Assembly (NCBI GenBank): GCA_041891055.1
Contig: CP169074.1
Location: 128,001-192,000 of the forward strand
Direction: 5' to 3'
DNA: 64,000 nt
Source: Halorutilales archaeon Cl-col2-1
GTDB lineage: Archaea > Halobacteriota > Halobacteria > Halobacteriales > Afararchaeaceae
The translations under genes were made by a program, and so were the position numbers. Numbering within the stretch: the stretch's first letter is position 1; every line of letters starts with the position of its first letter. Positions 31,374-41,583 of this stretch are shown piece by piece. Under the pieces are notes generated by a model. It ran no database searches. It saw nothing but the letters and a program-made list of their open reading frames with translations, and was not told the origin of the DNA.

Positions 31374-32063
31374 GTGTTCCCCATAATTGTCCTCGCAGTC
31401 GCATTGGGGGTCGGCGGTGGGCTTCTCATAGCCTACTTTCTGAGTTACGTCTCTGCCTACTTCCAAGGCGCAGTCTACGGCTCTACCAACTCTGAGGGAC
31501 GGACTTGGCGAGGACGTGACCCAACAGGAAAGACCGAGGACGATCTCAGGGAGGAGTCTTACGAGAGGATAGAGAAGTTCCTCCGGAGACACGGCTACGA
31601 CTACGTCTCCGAGAAGGAGTTCGATGTCGAGGGTCAGACGGTGACAGCCCCCTACTACATACTCGACGACGAAATAGCCGTCTTCCTCGACGACTGGCAC
31701 GACGAGTACCTCGTGTCGAGCACGGGTGTCAGTACTGTACTCATAGGCTTATACGACACTGACCAGTACACTGCCCTTAGAAGAGCTCTCGGTATCGAGG
31801 AGGACTGGCGCGACGAGATTTACTTCGAGGAGGACGACGAGATCTCGGATCTCCGTGTCCTCGGGCTCGAACCCGATACCCAAGAAAGTCAAAGCCAGGA
31901 CAGTGACATGGATATAACCGCAGACGAGGTAAAGCAAGCCTACCGAGAGCGCATAAAGGAGACACATCCCGACCTCAACGACTCCGAGGACGCAGACGAG
32001 GAGTTCATGCGTGTCCAGGAGGCATATGAGAGCCTGATGGAGGAGCGTGAGGCAGAACCGTAA
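31374..32063 (+). CDS. Membrane-anchored protein with C-terminal J domain
   Basis: N-terminal TM; EVKQAYRERIKETHPD (HPD motif), FMRVQEAYESL. Confidence 0.82.
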   Translation: MFPIIVLAVALGVGGGLLIAYFLSYVSAYFQGAVYGSTNSEGRTWRGRDPTGKTEDDLREESYERIEKFLRRHGYDYVSEKEFDVEGQTVTAPYYILDDEIAVFLDDWHDEYLVSSTGVSTVLIGLYDTDQYTALRRALGIEEDWRDEIYFEEDDEISDLRVLGLEPDTQESQSQDSDMDITADEVKQAYRERIKETHPDLNDSEDADEEFMRVQEAYESLMEEREAEP

Positions 32064-32089
32064 TTAGTCTCTGTCACCAACCATCTCCA

Positions 32090-34408
32090 ATGCCAGAGTC
32101 AGGGACTGCGGACGTAGAATCCGACTACATAAGCCATCCTCTCCTCAACGACTCGACAGTGGAGAGGAGGATGTACCAGCTTGAGCTTTCGAGTGCCGCG
32201 CTCTCGTCCCCGTCTCTTGTTGTACTCCCGACCGGAACAGGAAAGACGTCTGTCTCTCTCCTCGTTACCGCGGCACGTCTTAACCGTCTCGGGGGTAAGT
32301 CCCTACTTCTCGCACCTACGAAGCCCCTAGTCGAACAGCACGCAGAGTTCTTCCGCGAGGCTCTTGACTTACCTGACTCCGAGATAGTCGTCTTCACGGG
32401 CGATACTCCACCCGACGAGAGGAGCGATGTCTGGGAAGACGCACGTGTGGTAATCGCTACGCCTCAGGTCATCGAGAACGACATAATCGGGAGCCGTATA
32501 GATCTCTCCGATGTCGTACATCTCACATTCGACGAGTGCCACAGGGCTACCGGCGACTACTCGTACGTCTACATAGCCGAGAGCTACGCGAGAGACGCCG
32601 ACTCCCCGCTCGTGACGGGAATGACTGCGTCGCCGGGGTCGAACAAGGAAGAGATACTTGAAGTCTGTGACAACCTCGGGATCGAGAACGTCGAGATAAT
32701 GACCGAGGAGGACTCCGACCTCTCGGAGTACACACACGAGACAGACGTAGAGTGGAAACACGTAGACGTCCCTGACGAGATACTCGAAGTCCGTGACCTG
32801 ATCGAGGATGTCGTGAAGGACAGGATGGAACGTCTCAAGAGCCTTGGGGTGATCAACACCGCACGCACTGACGTCTCGATGAACAAGCTCCTGAGTGCGA
32901 GGGGGAAGATACAGGAGATGATGGACAACGACGAGTCGGCGGGCTACTCGGCGATGTCTATACACGCCGAGGTGATGAAGCTACGCCACGCAGTCGAGAT
33001 AGTCGAGACACAGGGCGTTGACACTCTCGTCTCTTACTTCGATAAGCTCGAGAACGAGGCTCGGTCGTCAGGAGGAAGCAAGGCGGTCAAGAGACTGATG
33101 TCGGAAGACCGCATACAGGAGGCGAGACGCAGAGCCGAGGAGTACGACGGTCTACATCCCAAGATGGAGGTTCTGAGGTCGTACGTCGTAGATATCCTCT
33201 CGGGAGACGACCCGTCACGTGTCATAGTCTTCACGGAGTACCGTGACACGGCGGCGACACTCACTGACTTCTTCGAGTCCCACGACGGAATCGAGCCACA
33301 GAGGTTCGTGGGGCAGTCGAACAAGGACGGCGACCCGGGGATGACACAGACCGACCAGAAGGAAGCCATCGAGGGCTTCAAGTCGGGTGAATCGAACGTC
33401 TTAGTCGCCACCTCGGTCGCCGAGGAGGGTATCGACATACCCGAGGTCGACCTCGTCCTCTTCTACGAGCCCGTGCCGTCGGAGATACGGAGTATACAGA
33501 GGAGAGGACGCACGGGAAGACAGAGACAGGGTAACGTCGTCGTACTCATCGCTGAGGACACGAGAGACGAGGCGTACTTCTGGTCAGCAAAGAGGAAGGA
33601 GAAGAAGATGAAGTCGGAGATGGAGGATCTCAAAGGCGTCGCCGACGAGATCAACGACGAGATAGGTGACGACCAGAGAACTCTCGGCGAGTTCGACGAC
33701 GACAGTGATGACGCCGCCGAGACTGAGACGACCTGTACTGACTCCGACACTGGAACTGATGCCGACGTCGTAGTAGTCGCCGACCAGCGTGAGACGAAGT
33801 CGAGCGTCGTAAAAGAAATTGACCGAAGCGACGACGTCGACGTCCGTCTCGAAACACTCGATGTCGGAGACTACGTCGCCAGCAGCCGGGTGGGTGTTGA
33901 GAGGAAGACGACCGACGACTTCGTGTCGAGTATCACGGGAGAGAGGTCGATCTTCGAACAGGTCAAGAACCTGTCGTCGAACTACTCGTCTCCTATGATG
34001 GTAGTCGAGGGGTCTCCCGAGGAGCTCTACTCGAAGGGAGTCCATCCCAACGCAGTCAGAGGGGCACTCACATCTGTCTCGGTCGACTTCGGCGTCTCGG
34101 TCGTCTTCTCACGCGGAGACGAAGACACAGCCGAGCTTCTGATGGCGGCGGCGAGACGAGAACAGATCGAGAACGACACTGAGGTACAGCTTCACGACGA
34201 CAAGTCGAGCGCGACAGTCTCCGAACAGCAGGAGTACGTGGTTTCGAGCATCGCCGACGTCGGACGCGTGATAGCTCGGAATCTACTTGAGGAGTTCGGG
34301 ACTGTCGAGAACGTCATGACTGCGTCTGTCGAGGATCTCAAGCAGGTCGACAAGGTCGGCGAGAAGACTGCGAGACGTATACGTGAGGTCGTGACTCAGA
34401 AGTACTGA
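32090..34408 (+). CDS. hef: Hef helicase/nuclease (FANCM/XPF-like)
   Basis: PTGTGKT, DECH, TASPG, QRRGRTGR; nuclease GDY...ERKTTDDF; C-terminal HhH. Confidence 0.94.
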   Translation: MPESGTADVESDYISHPLLNDSTVERRMYQLELSSAALSSPSLVVLPTGTGKTSVSLLVTAARLNRLGGKSLLLAPTKPLVEQHAEFFREALDLPDSEIVVFTGDTPPDERSDVWEDARVVIATPQVIENDIIGSRIDLSDVVHLTFDECHRATGDYSYVYIAESYARDADSPLVTGMTASPGSNKEEILEVCDNLGIENVEIMTEEDSDLSEYTHETDVEWKHVDVPDEILEVRDLIEDVVKDRMERLKSLGVINTARTDVSMNKLLSARGKIQEMMDNDESAGYSAMSIHAEVMKLRHAVEIVETQGVDTLVSYFDKLENEARSSGGSKAVKRLMSEDRIQEARRRAEEYDGLHPKMEVLRSYVVDILSGDDPSRVIVFTEYRDTAATLTDFFESHDGIEPQRFVGQSNKDGDPGMTQTDQKEAIEGFKSGESNVLVATSVAEEGIDIPEVDLVLFYEPVPSEIRSIQRRGRTGRQRQGNVVVLIAEDTRDEAYFWSAKRKEKKMKSEMEDLKGVADEINDEIGDDQRTLGEFDDDSDDAAETETTCTDSDTGTDADVVVVADQRETKSSVVKEIDRSDDVDVRLETLDVGDYVASSRVGVERKTTDDFVSSITGERSIFEQVKNLSSNYSSPMMVVEGSPEELYSKGVHPNAVRGALTSVSVDFGVSVVFSRGDEDTAELLMAAARREQIENDTEVQLHDDKSSATVSEQQEYVVSSIADVGRVIARNLLEEFGTVENVMTASVEDLKQVDKVGEKTARRIREVVTQKY

Positions 34409-34442
34409 TGCGCTCCTCCGAAGACCCCCAACTCGAACCGAC

Positions 34443-35777
34443 TCAGTCCCAGTCCTCGTCGGTCTCGATGTGTGTGAACTCCTTCGTGTCGTCTCCTGTG
34501 TAGTCGTCGACTATCTGTCCGTCACCTTCTATGTAGTACTTGTAGGTCGTGAGTCCGTCGAGACCCACGGGACCCCTCGCGTGGATCTTGCCCGTGCTGA
34601 TACCGACCTCGGCGCCTAATCCGTACCTGTATCCGTCGCTGAACCGTGTCGAGGCGTTGTGGTAGACACTCGCGGAGTCGACCGACGTCATGAAGTCGTG
34701 TGCTGTCTCGTCGTTCTCGGTCACGACGGAGTCTGTGTGCTTCGATCCGTATGTGTTGACGTGGTCTATCGCCTCGTCAGACGACCCTACGACCTTGACC
34801 GAGATTATGAGGTCGCCGTACTCAGTCGACCAGTCTTCGTCAGTTGCCTCCTCGGCGTCGATGACCTCGCGGGTTGCGTCGTCTCCTCTGACCTCGACGC
34901 CGGTCTCCTCGTACCTCTCGGCTATACGTGGCAGGAACTCTTCGGCGACGTCGCCGTGGACGAGGAGTGTCTCGGCTGCGTTACACGCCGCAGGGTACTG
35001 TACCTTCGAGTCGTAGGCGATATTTACGGCGTCGTCGAGATCGGCTTCGTCGTCGACGTAGACGTGGCAGATGCCCTCGGTATGTCCTAAGACGGGTATC
35101 TTGGTGTTGTCCTGTATCATCTCGACGAACTCGGTGCTTCCCCTCGGCATTACGAGGTCTATCGAGTCGTTCATTCCGAGTATCGTCTCGACGTCCTCGC
35201 GTGCCTCGATTAGCTGTGCCCAGCCGTCGGGGACTAGATCTGCATCCACATTCTCAGTAGCGTCTCTTATGGCGTCGAAGAGTACCCTGTTCGACTCCTT
35301 CGCCTCGCTTCCTCCCTTGAGTATCACCGAGTTACCCGAACGGAGACACAGAGACGCGATCTGGGGAAGTGCGTCGGGTCTCGACTCGAAGACAGAGCCG
35401 ACGACTCCTATAGGAACTGTGACCTCGTAGAGGTCGAGATCTTCGTCGAGCTCTCTCGCGGAGGTCGTCTCGCCGAGAGGGTCTTCCTGTTCGGCGACGC
35501 TTCTCACCATCTCGGCTATCTCCTCGACCTTAGTCTCCGAGAGCTTGAGACGGTCGACGAGAACCTGACTGTACTCGCCCTTTTCGAGCATCTCCTCCGC
35601 CTCCTCGACGTCGACGGCGTTGGCTTCGAGTATCTCGTCTGTCCTCGCCTCTATCTCGTCGGCTATCGCTCTCAGAGCCTCTGCCCTGTCCTCGTCGGAA
35701 GTCCTCGCGATCCTGAGTGCGGCTTCCTCGGCTTCCTCGACCTTCTTTTCGGTAGGTACCTGTTGGCGTACTGTCAT
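34443..35777 (-). CDS. proA: Glutamate-5-semialdehyde dehydrogenase
   Basis: FESRPD, LKGGSEA, ACNAAETLL, NASTRFSDG, EVGISTGKIHARGPVGL. Confidence 0.96.
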   Translation of the reverse strand: MTVRQQVPTEKKVEEAEEAALRIARTSDEDRAEALRAIADEIEARTDEILEANAVDVEEAEEMLEKGEYSQVLVDRLKLSETKVEEIAEMVRSVAEQEDPLGETTSARELDEDLDLYEVTVPIGVVGSVFESRPDALPQIASLCLRSGNSVILKGGSEAKESNRVLFDAIRDATENVDADLVPDGWAQLIEAREDVETILGMNDSIDLVMPRGSTEFVEMIQDNTKIPVLGHTEGICHVYVDDEADLDDAVNIAYDSKVQYPAACNAAETLLVHGDVAEEFLPRIAERYEETGVEVRGDDATREVIDAEEATDEDWSTEYGDLIISVKVVGSSDEAIDHVNTYGSKHTDSVVTENDETAHDFMTSVDSASVYHNASTRFSDGYRYGLGAEVGISTGKIHARGPVGLDGLTTYKYYIEGDGQIVDDYTGDDTKEFTHIETDEDWD

Positions 35778-35829
35778 TGTTGTGTATTAGCTCTCTACCT
35801 GTGTATCCTTTTCCCTCTCATACCGATAT

Positions 35830-36708
35830 CTACTCGTCATTACCATCTTCCTCGTCTCGGTTCACGGGAAGGAAGAGAGTCCCTACTACGTCGCCCTCGG
35901 CTATCCGTTCGAGGACGTCTTCTTCGGCTGACCCCGCTATCACGGCGGGAATACCTCTCTCGTTGACCTTCCTCGCGCCGTCGACCTTCGTCTCTATGCC
36001 TCCGAATCCACCGCTCGAGGTCTCGTCTACGAGTTCACGTATCTCGTCGAAGTCCTCGCCGACCTCCCTGACTATCTCGGCGTCTGGGTTCTCCTTCGGG
36101 TTCTCGGTGTAGACTCCACCTACATCTGTGAGTGTGACGAGTAGGTCGGCATCGACTCCCGTGGCGATAGACGACGAGATTATGTCGTTGTCGCCTATCT
36201 TGATCTCCTCGACAGCTATCGCGTCGTTCTCATTTATGATTGGTACGACGCCCCAGTCGAAGAGTGTCTCTACCGTATTTCTGAAGTTGGTGAACCTGTC
36301 GGTGTCGTTGAGATCCTCGTGAGTGATGAGTACCTGTGCGACCTCGACGCCGTACCTCTCGAAGCTCTCGGAGTACCGTCTCATGAGACGGCTCTGTCCT
36401 ATCGTCGAGGCAGCCTGTATGTCCTCTATCGAGTCGGTGGGATGGTCGACACGTCCCTTTCCCGCGCCGACTGCGCCCGACGATACGAGTATGACCTCCT
36501 TTCCGCGTTCGACGAGATCCATGAGGTCGTCGACGAGCTTGTCGAGCTTCGAGTCATCGAGGTTAGAGTCTTCGTCTGTGAGCGAGTTGGTTCCCGCCTT
36601 GACGACGACCCTGCCGGCGTCGGCTGCGATACGTCTCGCCTCGTCGCCTCTCACGTGGAACTCTCCTCCGTCTGTACTCCTCGTTTTTTGTATATCGTTG
36701 TCTTGCAT
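35830..36708 (-). CDS. proB: Glutamate 5-kinase (no PUA domain)
   Basis: [30 protein letters not shown]. Confidence 0.95.
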   Translation of the reverse strand: MQDNDIQKTRSTDGGEFHVRGDEARRIAADAGRVVVKAGTNSLTDEDSNLDDSKLDKLVDDLMDLVERGKEVILVSSGAVGAGKGRVDHPTDSIEDIQAASTIGQSRLMRRYSESFERYGVEVAQVLITHEDLNDTDRFTNFRNTVETLFDWGVVPIINENDAIAVEEIKIGDNDIISSSIATGVDADLLVTLTDVGGVYTENPKENPDAEIVREVGEDFDEIRELVDETSSGGFGGIETKVDGARKVNERGIPAVIAGSAEEDVLERIAEGDVVGTLFLPVNRDEEDGNDE

Positions 36709-36714
36709 CTTATC

Positions 36715-37503
36715 TCACCCGTTCTGAATCTCGTCTGATATCTCGACGGATCGTTCCTCGGCTGCCTCTACGGCTTCCCCGACCTTCTGACTCACGTCGC
36801 TGTCGCGCAGAACCTTCATTCCCTCGATAGTTGTGCCCCCGGGGGAACAGACCGCGTCTATGAGGTCTTCGAGGTCTCCGTCGTGTCTCATCACCGTCTC
36901 GGCGGCTCCCTTGAATGTCTGTGCGGCGAGTCTCTCGGCGTCTTCGTCTTCGAAGCCCGACTCGACACCCGCCTCTGCCATCGCCTTTATGAGGTAGAAG
37001 ACGAAAGCAGGCCCGCTTCCGTTGATCGCAGTCGCGGCGTCCATCAGGCTCTCGTCAACCTCTACAAAGCTACCGAGGTCTTCGAGTATATGTCGGAGTT
37101 CGGGGGTCATACCGACGTTCGAGGCGACTGCCGCAGCCATCTCACGGTTCTCGGCTGCGAGGTTGGGCATCACCCTGTAGACCTTCGCGTCGGTTCTGTC
37201 TTCGAGGAAGTCGAGACGCACTCCCGCGGCGAAAGAGACTAGAGACTGGTCGGACGACAGGTCGATTTCATCGAGGACACCGCCGATGTCGCCGGGCTTT
37301 ACCGAGAGGACGACTACCTTCGAGTCGCCCGCCTCGGAAGTCTCTGTCGTAGTCGTCGACGCGTAAGCCTCGGCGTCTTCTAGCTTCGGTGGGTTCCTGT
37401 CACAGACCGTAATCGAGTAGCCACCGGATTCGTGGAGTCCTTTTACGACTGCACTTCCCTGGTTCCCGTATCCTATGACGCTGACGCTAATATCTGAGGT
37501 CAT
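36715..37503 (-). CDS. proC: Pyrroline-5-carboxylate reductase
   Basis: IGYGNQG, RVMPN, GSGPAF, VCSPGGTTIEG. Confidence 0.95.
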   Translation of the reverse strand: MTSDISVSVIGYGNQGSAVVKGLHESGGYSITVCDRNPPKLEDAEAYASTTTTETSEAGDSKVVVLSVKPGDIGGVLDEIDLSSDQSLVSFAAGVRLDFLEDRTDAKVYRVMPNLAAENREMAAAVASNVGMTPELRHILEDLGSFVEVDESLMDAATAINGSGPAFVFYLIKAMAEAGVESGFEDEDAERLAAQTFKGAAETVMRHDGDLEDLIDAVCSPGGTTIEGMKVLRDSDVSQKVGEAVEAAEERSVEISDEIQNG

Positions 37504-37542
37504 GTTTGGATTAGTTTAGTTAGGTTAGATTCGGAATCTCGC

Positions 37543-37671
37543 CTACCGAGGAAGACTGGATATTGGTAGGATGGAGGACTCGGAAGAAAGAGGAGGAACA
37601 CGGCTCAGGAAAAGCGAGACCGTTCGTCTAACTGTCTGTTTCCATATCGCCGTGTCCGTCTGAGTCTGCAT
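37543..37671 (-). CDS. Putative 42-aa leader peptide upstream of proCBA
   Basis: MQTQTDTAIWKQTVRRTVSLFLSRVPPLSSESSILPISSLPR*; ATG about 25 nt after the TATA box. Confidence 0.45.
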   Translation of the reverse strand: MQTQTDTAIWKQTVRRTVSLFLSRVPPLSSESSILPISSLPR

Positions 37672-37695
37672 TTGACTCAGAGACGGCTGCTTGAG

Positions 37696-37710
37696 TTATA
37701 AGCCTTTTCG
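37696..37710 (-). promoter_or_regulatory. BRE-TATA promoter of the pro operon
   Basis: cgaaaa-ggc-ttataa on the minus strand. Confidence 0.65.
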
Positions 37711-37770
37711 GTTCTCGGCTGTATCGAAGCCTAGTCTCCCCCGAAGTCAGGTGTCGGTGTCGAGTCTGTG

Positions 37771-37950
37771 TCAGAGGCGGTCGTCGAGGTCGACGGGCTC
37801 CTCTGTTCTTATCCATGCGAGCGGGTTCTGTGTCTCGTAGAACATCGTGTCACCCGACTCGGTCTCGTAAGACTCGACCTCTCTTTCACTGTCGGAGCTG
37901 TCACTCGAATCAGAGCTATCGCGGTTATCGTTAAATCCCCCTACGGACAT
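37771..37950 (-). CDS. Small acidic protein (59 aa; not in the ORF track) resembling a conserved haloarchaeal family
   Basis: Hand translation MSVGGFND...VESYETESGDTMFYETQNPLAWIRTEEPVDLDDRL*. Confidence 0.7.
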   Translation of the reverse strand: MSVGGFNDNRDSSDSSDSSDSEREVESYETESGDTMFYETQNPLAWIRTEEPVDLDDRL

Positions 37951-38015
37951 TCTTGTGATTCCCCCACGTCATAGATGGGCACGCCCCTATATAATCCTTG
38001 TGAACAGTTATCAGA

Positions 38016-38240
38016 TCACTTGTACATCTTCTCGTCGAGTTCTGGGAAGTCGACGTTCGAGTCGGCGAAGGCTCCTCTGACACGGCTCTCGTAGAGGAGC
38101 ATTCCGAGGTCGAGGACTGCCTGAGGGGGAACCCTGACGTCGTCATCGAACGACGACTCGCTCCAGGAGTTGTACTCCTCGACCACGTCCATTGCGTCCT
38201 TGAGACTCCTGAGCATCAGTGACTTGTATCTGTCTTTCAT
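38016..38240 (-). CDS. Small hypothetical protein
   Basis: 74-aa acidic ORF with ATG start and host-like codon usage. Confidence 0.6.
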   Translation of the reverse strand: MKDRYKSLMLRSLKDAMDVVEEYNSWSESSFDDDVRVPPQAVLDLGMLLYESRVRGAFADSNVDFPELDEKMYK

Positions 38241-38356
38241 TGGATGGGCTTAGTCGTCGGGAGCATAGATAACTGTCGAATGCTTACCCAACACGGACGT
38301 GACGACAGGACTAAGGGCGACGTTCTCCTCGGTAAGAGTAGGGACAGAGTGGTAAG

Positions 38357-39853
38357 ATGGAAACGGATCTAACAGACAGTCAGACGAAGGTTCTCGAAGC
38401 CGTGTCTGAAGCCGAATCCGAAGCCGAGGAGACTACGGCCACAGTCACGGTAGACGACCTCGCCGACGAGACGGGTCTCGGAAGAGGCCCTGTCGAACAG
38501 GCGGTCTTCGACCTACAGGAGTTGGGACTCGTTGAGGTCGACGAGGAGACCGAGGTCAGGTACGAACTCACCGACGAGGGGGAGGAGTACGCCGAAAACG
38601 AGCTTCCCGAGAGACGTCTCCACAGCTACCTCGTCGAGAACGACGGCGCCGAGATGTCGGAGTTACAGGAAATCGACGGCTTCAACGTCGGAATAGGACA
38701 TCTCAGGAGTAAGGGCTGGGCGGAGATAGAAGACGGCTTCGTAGAGCCAAAAGACGCACCCGAGAGCGACGATGAGAGAGGACTTGAGACTCTATCCTCG
38801 GGCGGGGAGATAGACGAGGAAATGGGCGAGGAGCTGGAGAGACGTGGTCTAGTCTCGGATAAGACGGTACGGACTGTCACAGTCGGTCTCACACGTGAGG
38901 GTGAGGAGGCTCTGAGCATGAGCGAGGTGGATTCGGGAGCCGAGAAGGTCGGAGAGCTGACACACGAGATGCTCGCGACGGGAGACTGGAGGGACAGGGA
39001 GTTCGCGTCGTACAACGTCGAGGCGGAGCCTCCGGAAGAGTTCGGAGGGCGCGAGCACATACTCAGACAGCTCGCAAACCGTGTCAAGGAGGTTCTGACG
39101 AGCATGGGGTTCAAGGAGATGGAAGGACCCCACGTCGACTCGGAGTTCTACATAAACGACTGTCTCTTCATGCCCCAGGATCACCCCGCGAGGACACACT
39201 GGGACAAGTTCAACATAGAAGATCCGAGCCACGCCAACGACCTTCCGGAGTTTGCCGACGACGTCGAGAGGATGCACCACGAGGGAGCCGAGGGAGGCGA
39301 GGGCTACCACTCCGACTGGGAGAGAGACGTCGCTCGGCGTCTCAACCTGAGGGGACACACGACTTCTCTGACGGTACGTTACCTCGCACAGGATCTCGAA
39401 CCCCCACAGAGATTCTTCAGCGTCGACAAGGTCTACAGGAACGACACACTCGACCCGACTCATCTTCTCGAGTTCTACCAGATAGAGGGCTGGGTGATGG
39501 CACGTGACCTCTCAGTGCGTGACCTGATGGGAACCTTCGAGGAGTTCTACAACAGGTTCGGAATAGAGGAGATAGAGTTCAAGCCGCATTACAACCCCTA
39601 TACGGAGCCGAGCTTCGAGATATTCGGCGAACATCCCGAGACAGGGGACCTCATAGAGATAGGGAACTCGGGAATGTTCAGACGTGAGATACTCGAACCC
39701 CACGGTATAGACGACGACGTCGAGGTCATCGCGTGGGGACTCGCGCTCGAACGTCTTCTGATGCTTATCTACGGATTCGAGGACATACGTGACGTACACG
39801 GAACACTCGCTGACCTGGAGCTTCTGAGGGAGGTGCCCGTACTATGGCAGTAA
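38357..39853 (+). CDS. pheS: Phenylalanine--tRNA ligase alpha subunit
   Basis: LFMPQDHPAR, LRGHTT, VYRNDTLDPTHLLEFYQIEG, YNPYTEPS, AWGLALERL. Confidence 0.96.
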   Translation: METDLTDSQTKVLEAVSEAESEAEETTATVTVDDLADETGLGRGPVEQAVFDLQELGLVEVDEETEVRYELTDEGEEYAENELPERRLHSYLVENDGAEMSELQEIDGFNVGIGHLRSKGWAEIEDGFVEPKDAPESDDERGLETLSSGGEIDEEMGEELERRGLVSDKTVRTVTVGLTREGEEALSMSEVDSGAEKVGELTHEMLATGDWRDREFASYNVEAEPPEEFGGREHILRQLANRVKEVLTSMGFKEMEGPHVDSEFYINDCLFMPQDHPARTHWDKFNIEDPSHANDLPEFADDVERMHHEGAEGGEGYHSDWERDVARRLNLRGHTTSLTVRYLAQDLEPPQRFFSVDKVYRNDTLDPTHLLEFYQIEGWVMARDLSVRDLMGTFEEFYNRFGIEEIEFKPHYNPYTEPSFEIFGEHPETGDLIEIGNSGMFRREILEPHGIDDDVEVIAWGLALERLLMLIYGFEDIRDVHGTLADLELLREVPVLWQ

Positions 39854-41544
39854 TAGAGATAGAGATAGACGAACTGAGGAGACTTGTAGGGAGGGAGCTA
39901 TCGAAAGACGAGTTCATAGATGACCTCTTCGAGCTGGGTGTAGAGTTCGAGTACGAGGAAGACGGCACTCTCGGATTCGAGGTAGTCCCCGACAGACCCG
40001 ACCGTCTGAGCGTCGAGGGTCTCGCACGGTCGCTGAGGTACGACTACGGGATAGACAAGGGTGTTTACGTCCCCGAGACGACCGAGGGCGACCTGACGGT
40101 ACGTGTCGACGACTCCGTCTCGGAGGTACGTCCCTACGTTACCGCCGCGGTCGTTAGAGACGTCGATCTGAGTGGCGGCGTCTTGGACTCGATCATACAG
40201 CTTCAGGAGAAGCTACATTCGACAGTCGGAAGGAGACGCAACAAGGGTGCGATAGGAGTCCACGACCTCTCGATGATAAAGGGGAACGAGATACTCTATA
40301 AGGGGGTCGACCCCGACGACGAGAGCTTCGTGCCTCTCGACATAGGCGAAGACGACTCCGAAGAGAAGAACCTGAGAGAGATGACCCCTAAGGAGGTCAT
40401 GGAAGACCATCCCGTAGGACGTGAGTACGCCTCTATACTCGAAGGACACGACCGCGTCCCCGCTATCTACGACAGCATAGGTCTCTTCTCGTTCCCACCC
40501 GTCATAAACGGACAGAGGACACGCGTGACTGAGAGGACACGTGACCTCCTCATAGAGCTCACGGGAACCTACGAGTGGACTGTCGACAAGATGCTCAACA
40601 TACTCCTCTACGCGCTCGACGCGAGAGGTGGTCAGATAGAGGAAGTCGAGGTCGTCTACGAGAACCAGCCGCGGCGTCTCAAGCCCGACCTCTCTACGAA
40701 GACGAAGTCGGTGACACACGACCGCATAGAGTCGGTTCTCGGAACAGAGTTCTCGGAGGACGAGGTCGTCGAGTACCTCGAAAGGTCGGGTATGGAGGCG
40801 ACTCCGAGAGACGACGGCTATGATGTCAGAATCCCGCCGTACAGAACCGACATCAAGCATCCCCTCGACGTCATAGACGACATAGGACGCGCCTACGGAT
40901 TCAACTCGATGGAGCCGAGGTACCCCGACGTCTCGACGGTCGGTGAGCTATCCGACTCAACACGTATGGAGAACGCCGTCAGGAAGCAGTTAGTCGGGCT
41001 CGGCTTCCAGGATCTACTCAACTTCGTCCTCACGAGTCCCGAGTCGAACTACGACGGCATGCGTACCTCCGAAGGCGACGACGAGGTAGGGTTCGAGGAC
41101 GGTATACGGATAGAGAACCCCTACAGCGAGGACTACTCGATGATGAGGACGTGGCTGCTGCCGTCTGTCATCGAGGTTCTGTCGAACAACACTCACCGTG
41201 AGTATCCCCAGAACCTCTCTGAGATAGGAACAGTAGCCGAGAAGGACGGGACCGGCGAGACAGGTGTCCGTGAGACCAAACACGTCTCTGCGGTCGTCTG
41301 TGGAACAGAGGCGGGTTACGAGGCTGCGAAGGCTCGTCTCAACTCGCTCGTCGACGACTTCGGCTCCGACCTCGAAACCCCCGCGACTCACCATCCCTCG
41401 TTCATAGACGGTAGATCCGCGAGCGTCATAATCGACGGTGACGACGTAGGTGTGATAGGCGAGATACATCCCGAGATACTCGCCGAGAACGAGATTACGA
41501 TGCCGGTCGCTGGCTTCGAGTTCGAGTTAGACGCTCTGCGTTGA
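39844..41544 (+). CDS. pheT: Phenylalanine--tRNA ligase beta subunit
   Basis: PDRPDRLSVEG, LQEKLH, IPPYRTDI, GEIHP. Confidence 0.95.
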   Translation: MAVIEIEIDELRRLVGRELSKDEFIDDLFELGVEFEYEEDGTLGFEVVPDRPDRLSVEGLARSLRYDYGIDKGVYVPETTEGDLTVRVDDSVSEVRPYVTAAVVRDVDLSGGVLDSIIQLQEKLHSTVGRRRNKGAIGVHDLSMIKGNEILYKGVDPDDESFVPLDIGEDDSEEKNLREMTPKEVMEDHPVGREYASILEGHDRVPAIYDSIGLFSFPPVINGQRTRVTERTRDLLIELTGTYEWTVDKMLNILLYALDARGGQIEEVEVVYENQPRRLKPDLSTKTKSVTHDRIESVLGTEFSEDEVVEYLERSGMEATPRDDGYDVRIPPYRTDIKHPLDVIDDIGRAYGFNSMEPRYPDVSTVGELSDSTRMENAVRKQLVGLGFQDLLNFVLTSPESNYDGMRTSEGDDEVGFEDGIRIENPYSEDYSMMRTWLLPSVIEVLSNNTHREYPQNLSEIGTVAEKDGTGETGVRETKHVSAVVCGTEAGYEAAKARLNSLVDDFGSDLETPATHHPSFIDGRSASVIIDGDDVGVIGEIHPEILAENEITMPVAGFEFELDALR

Positions 41545-41583
41545 TCGGTACTAACTAATACGCTCGACTCCGTCTTTGTCCTA

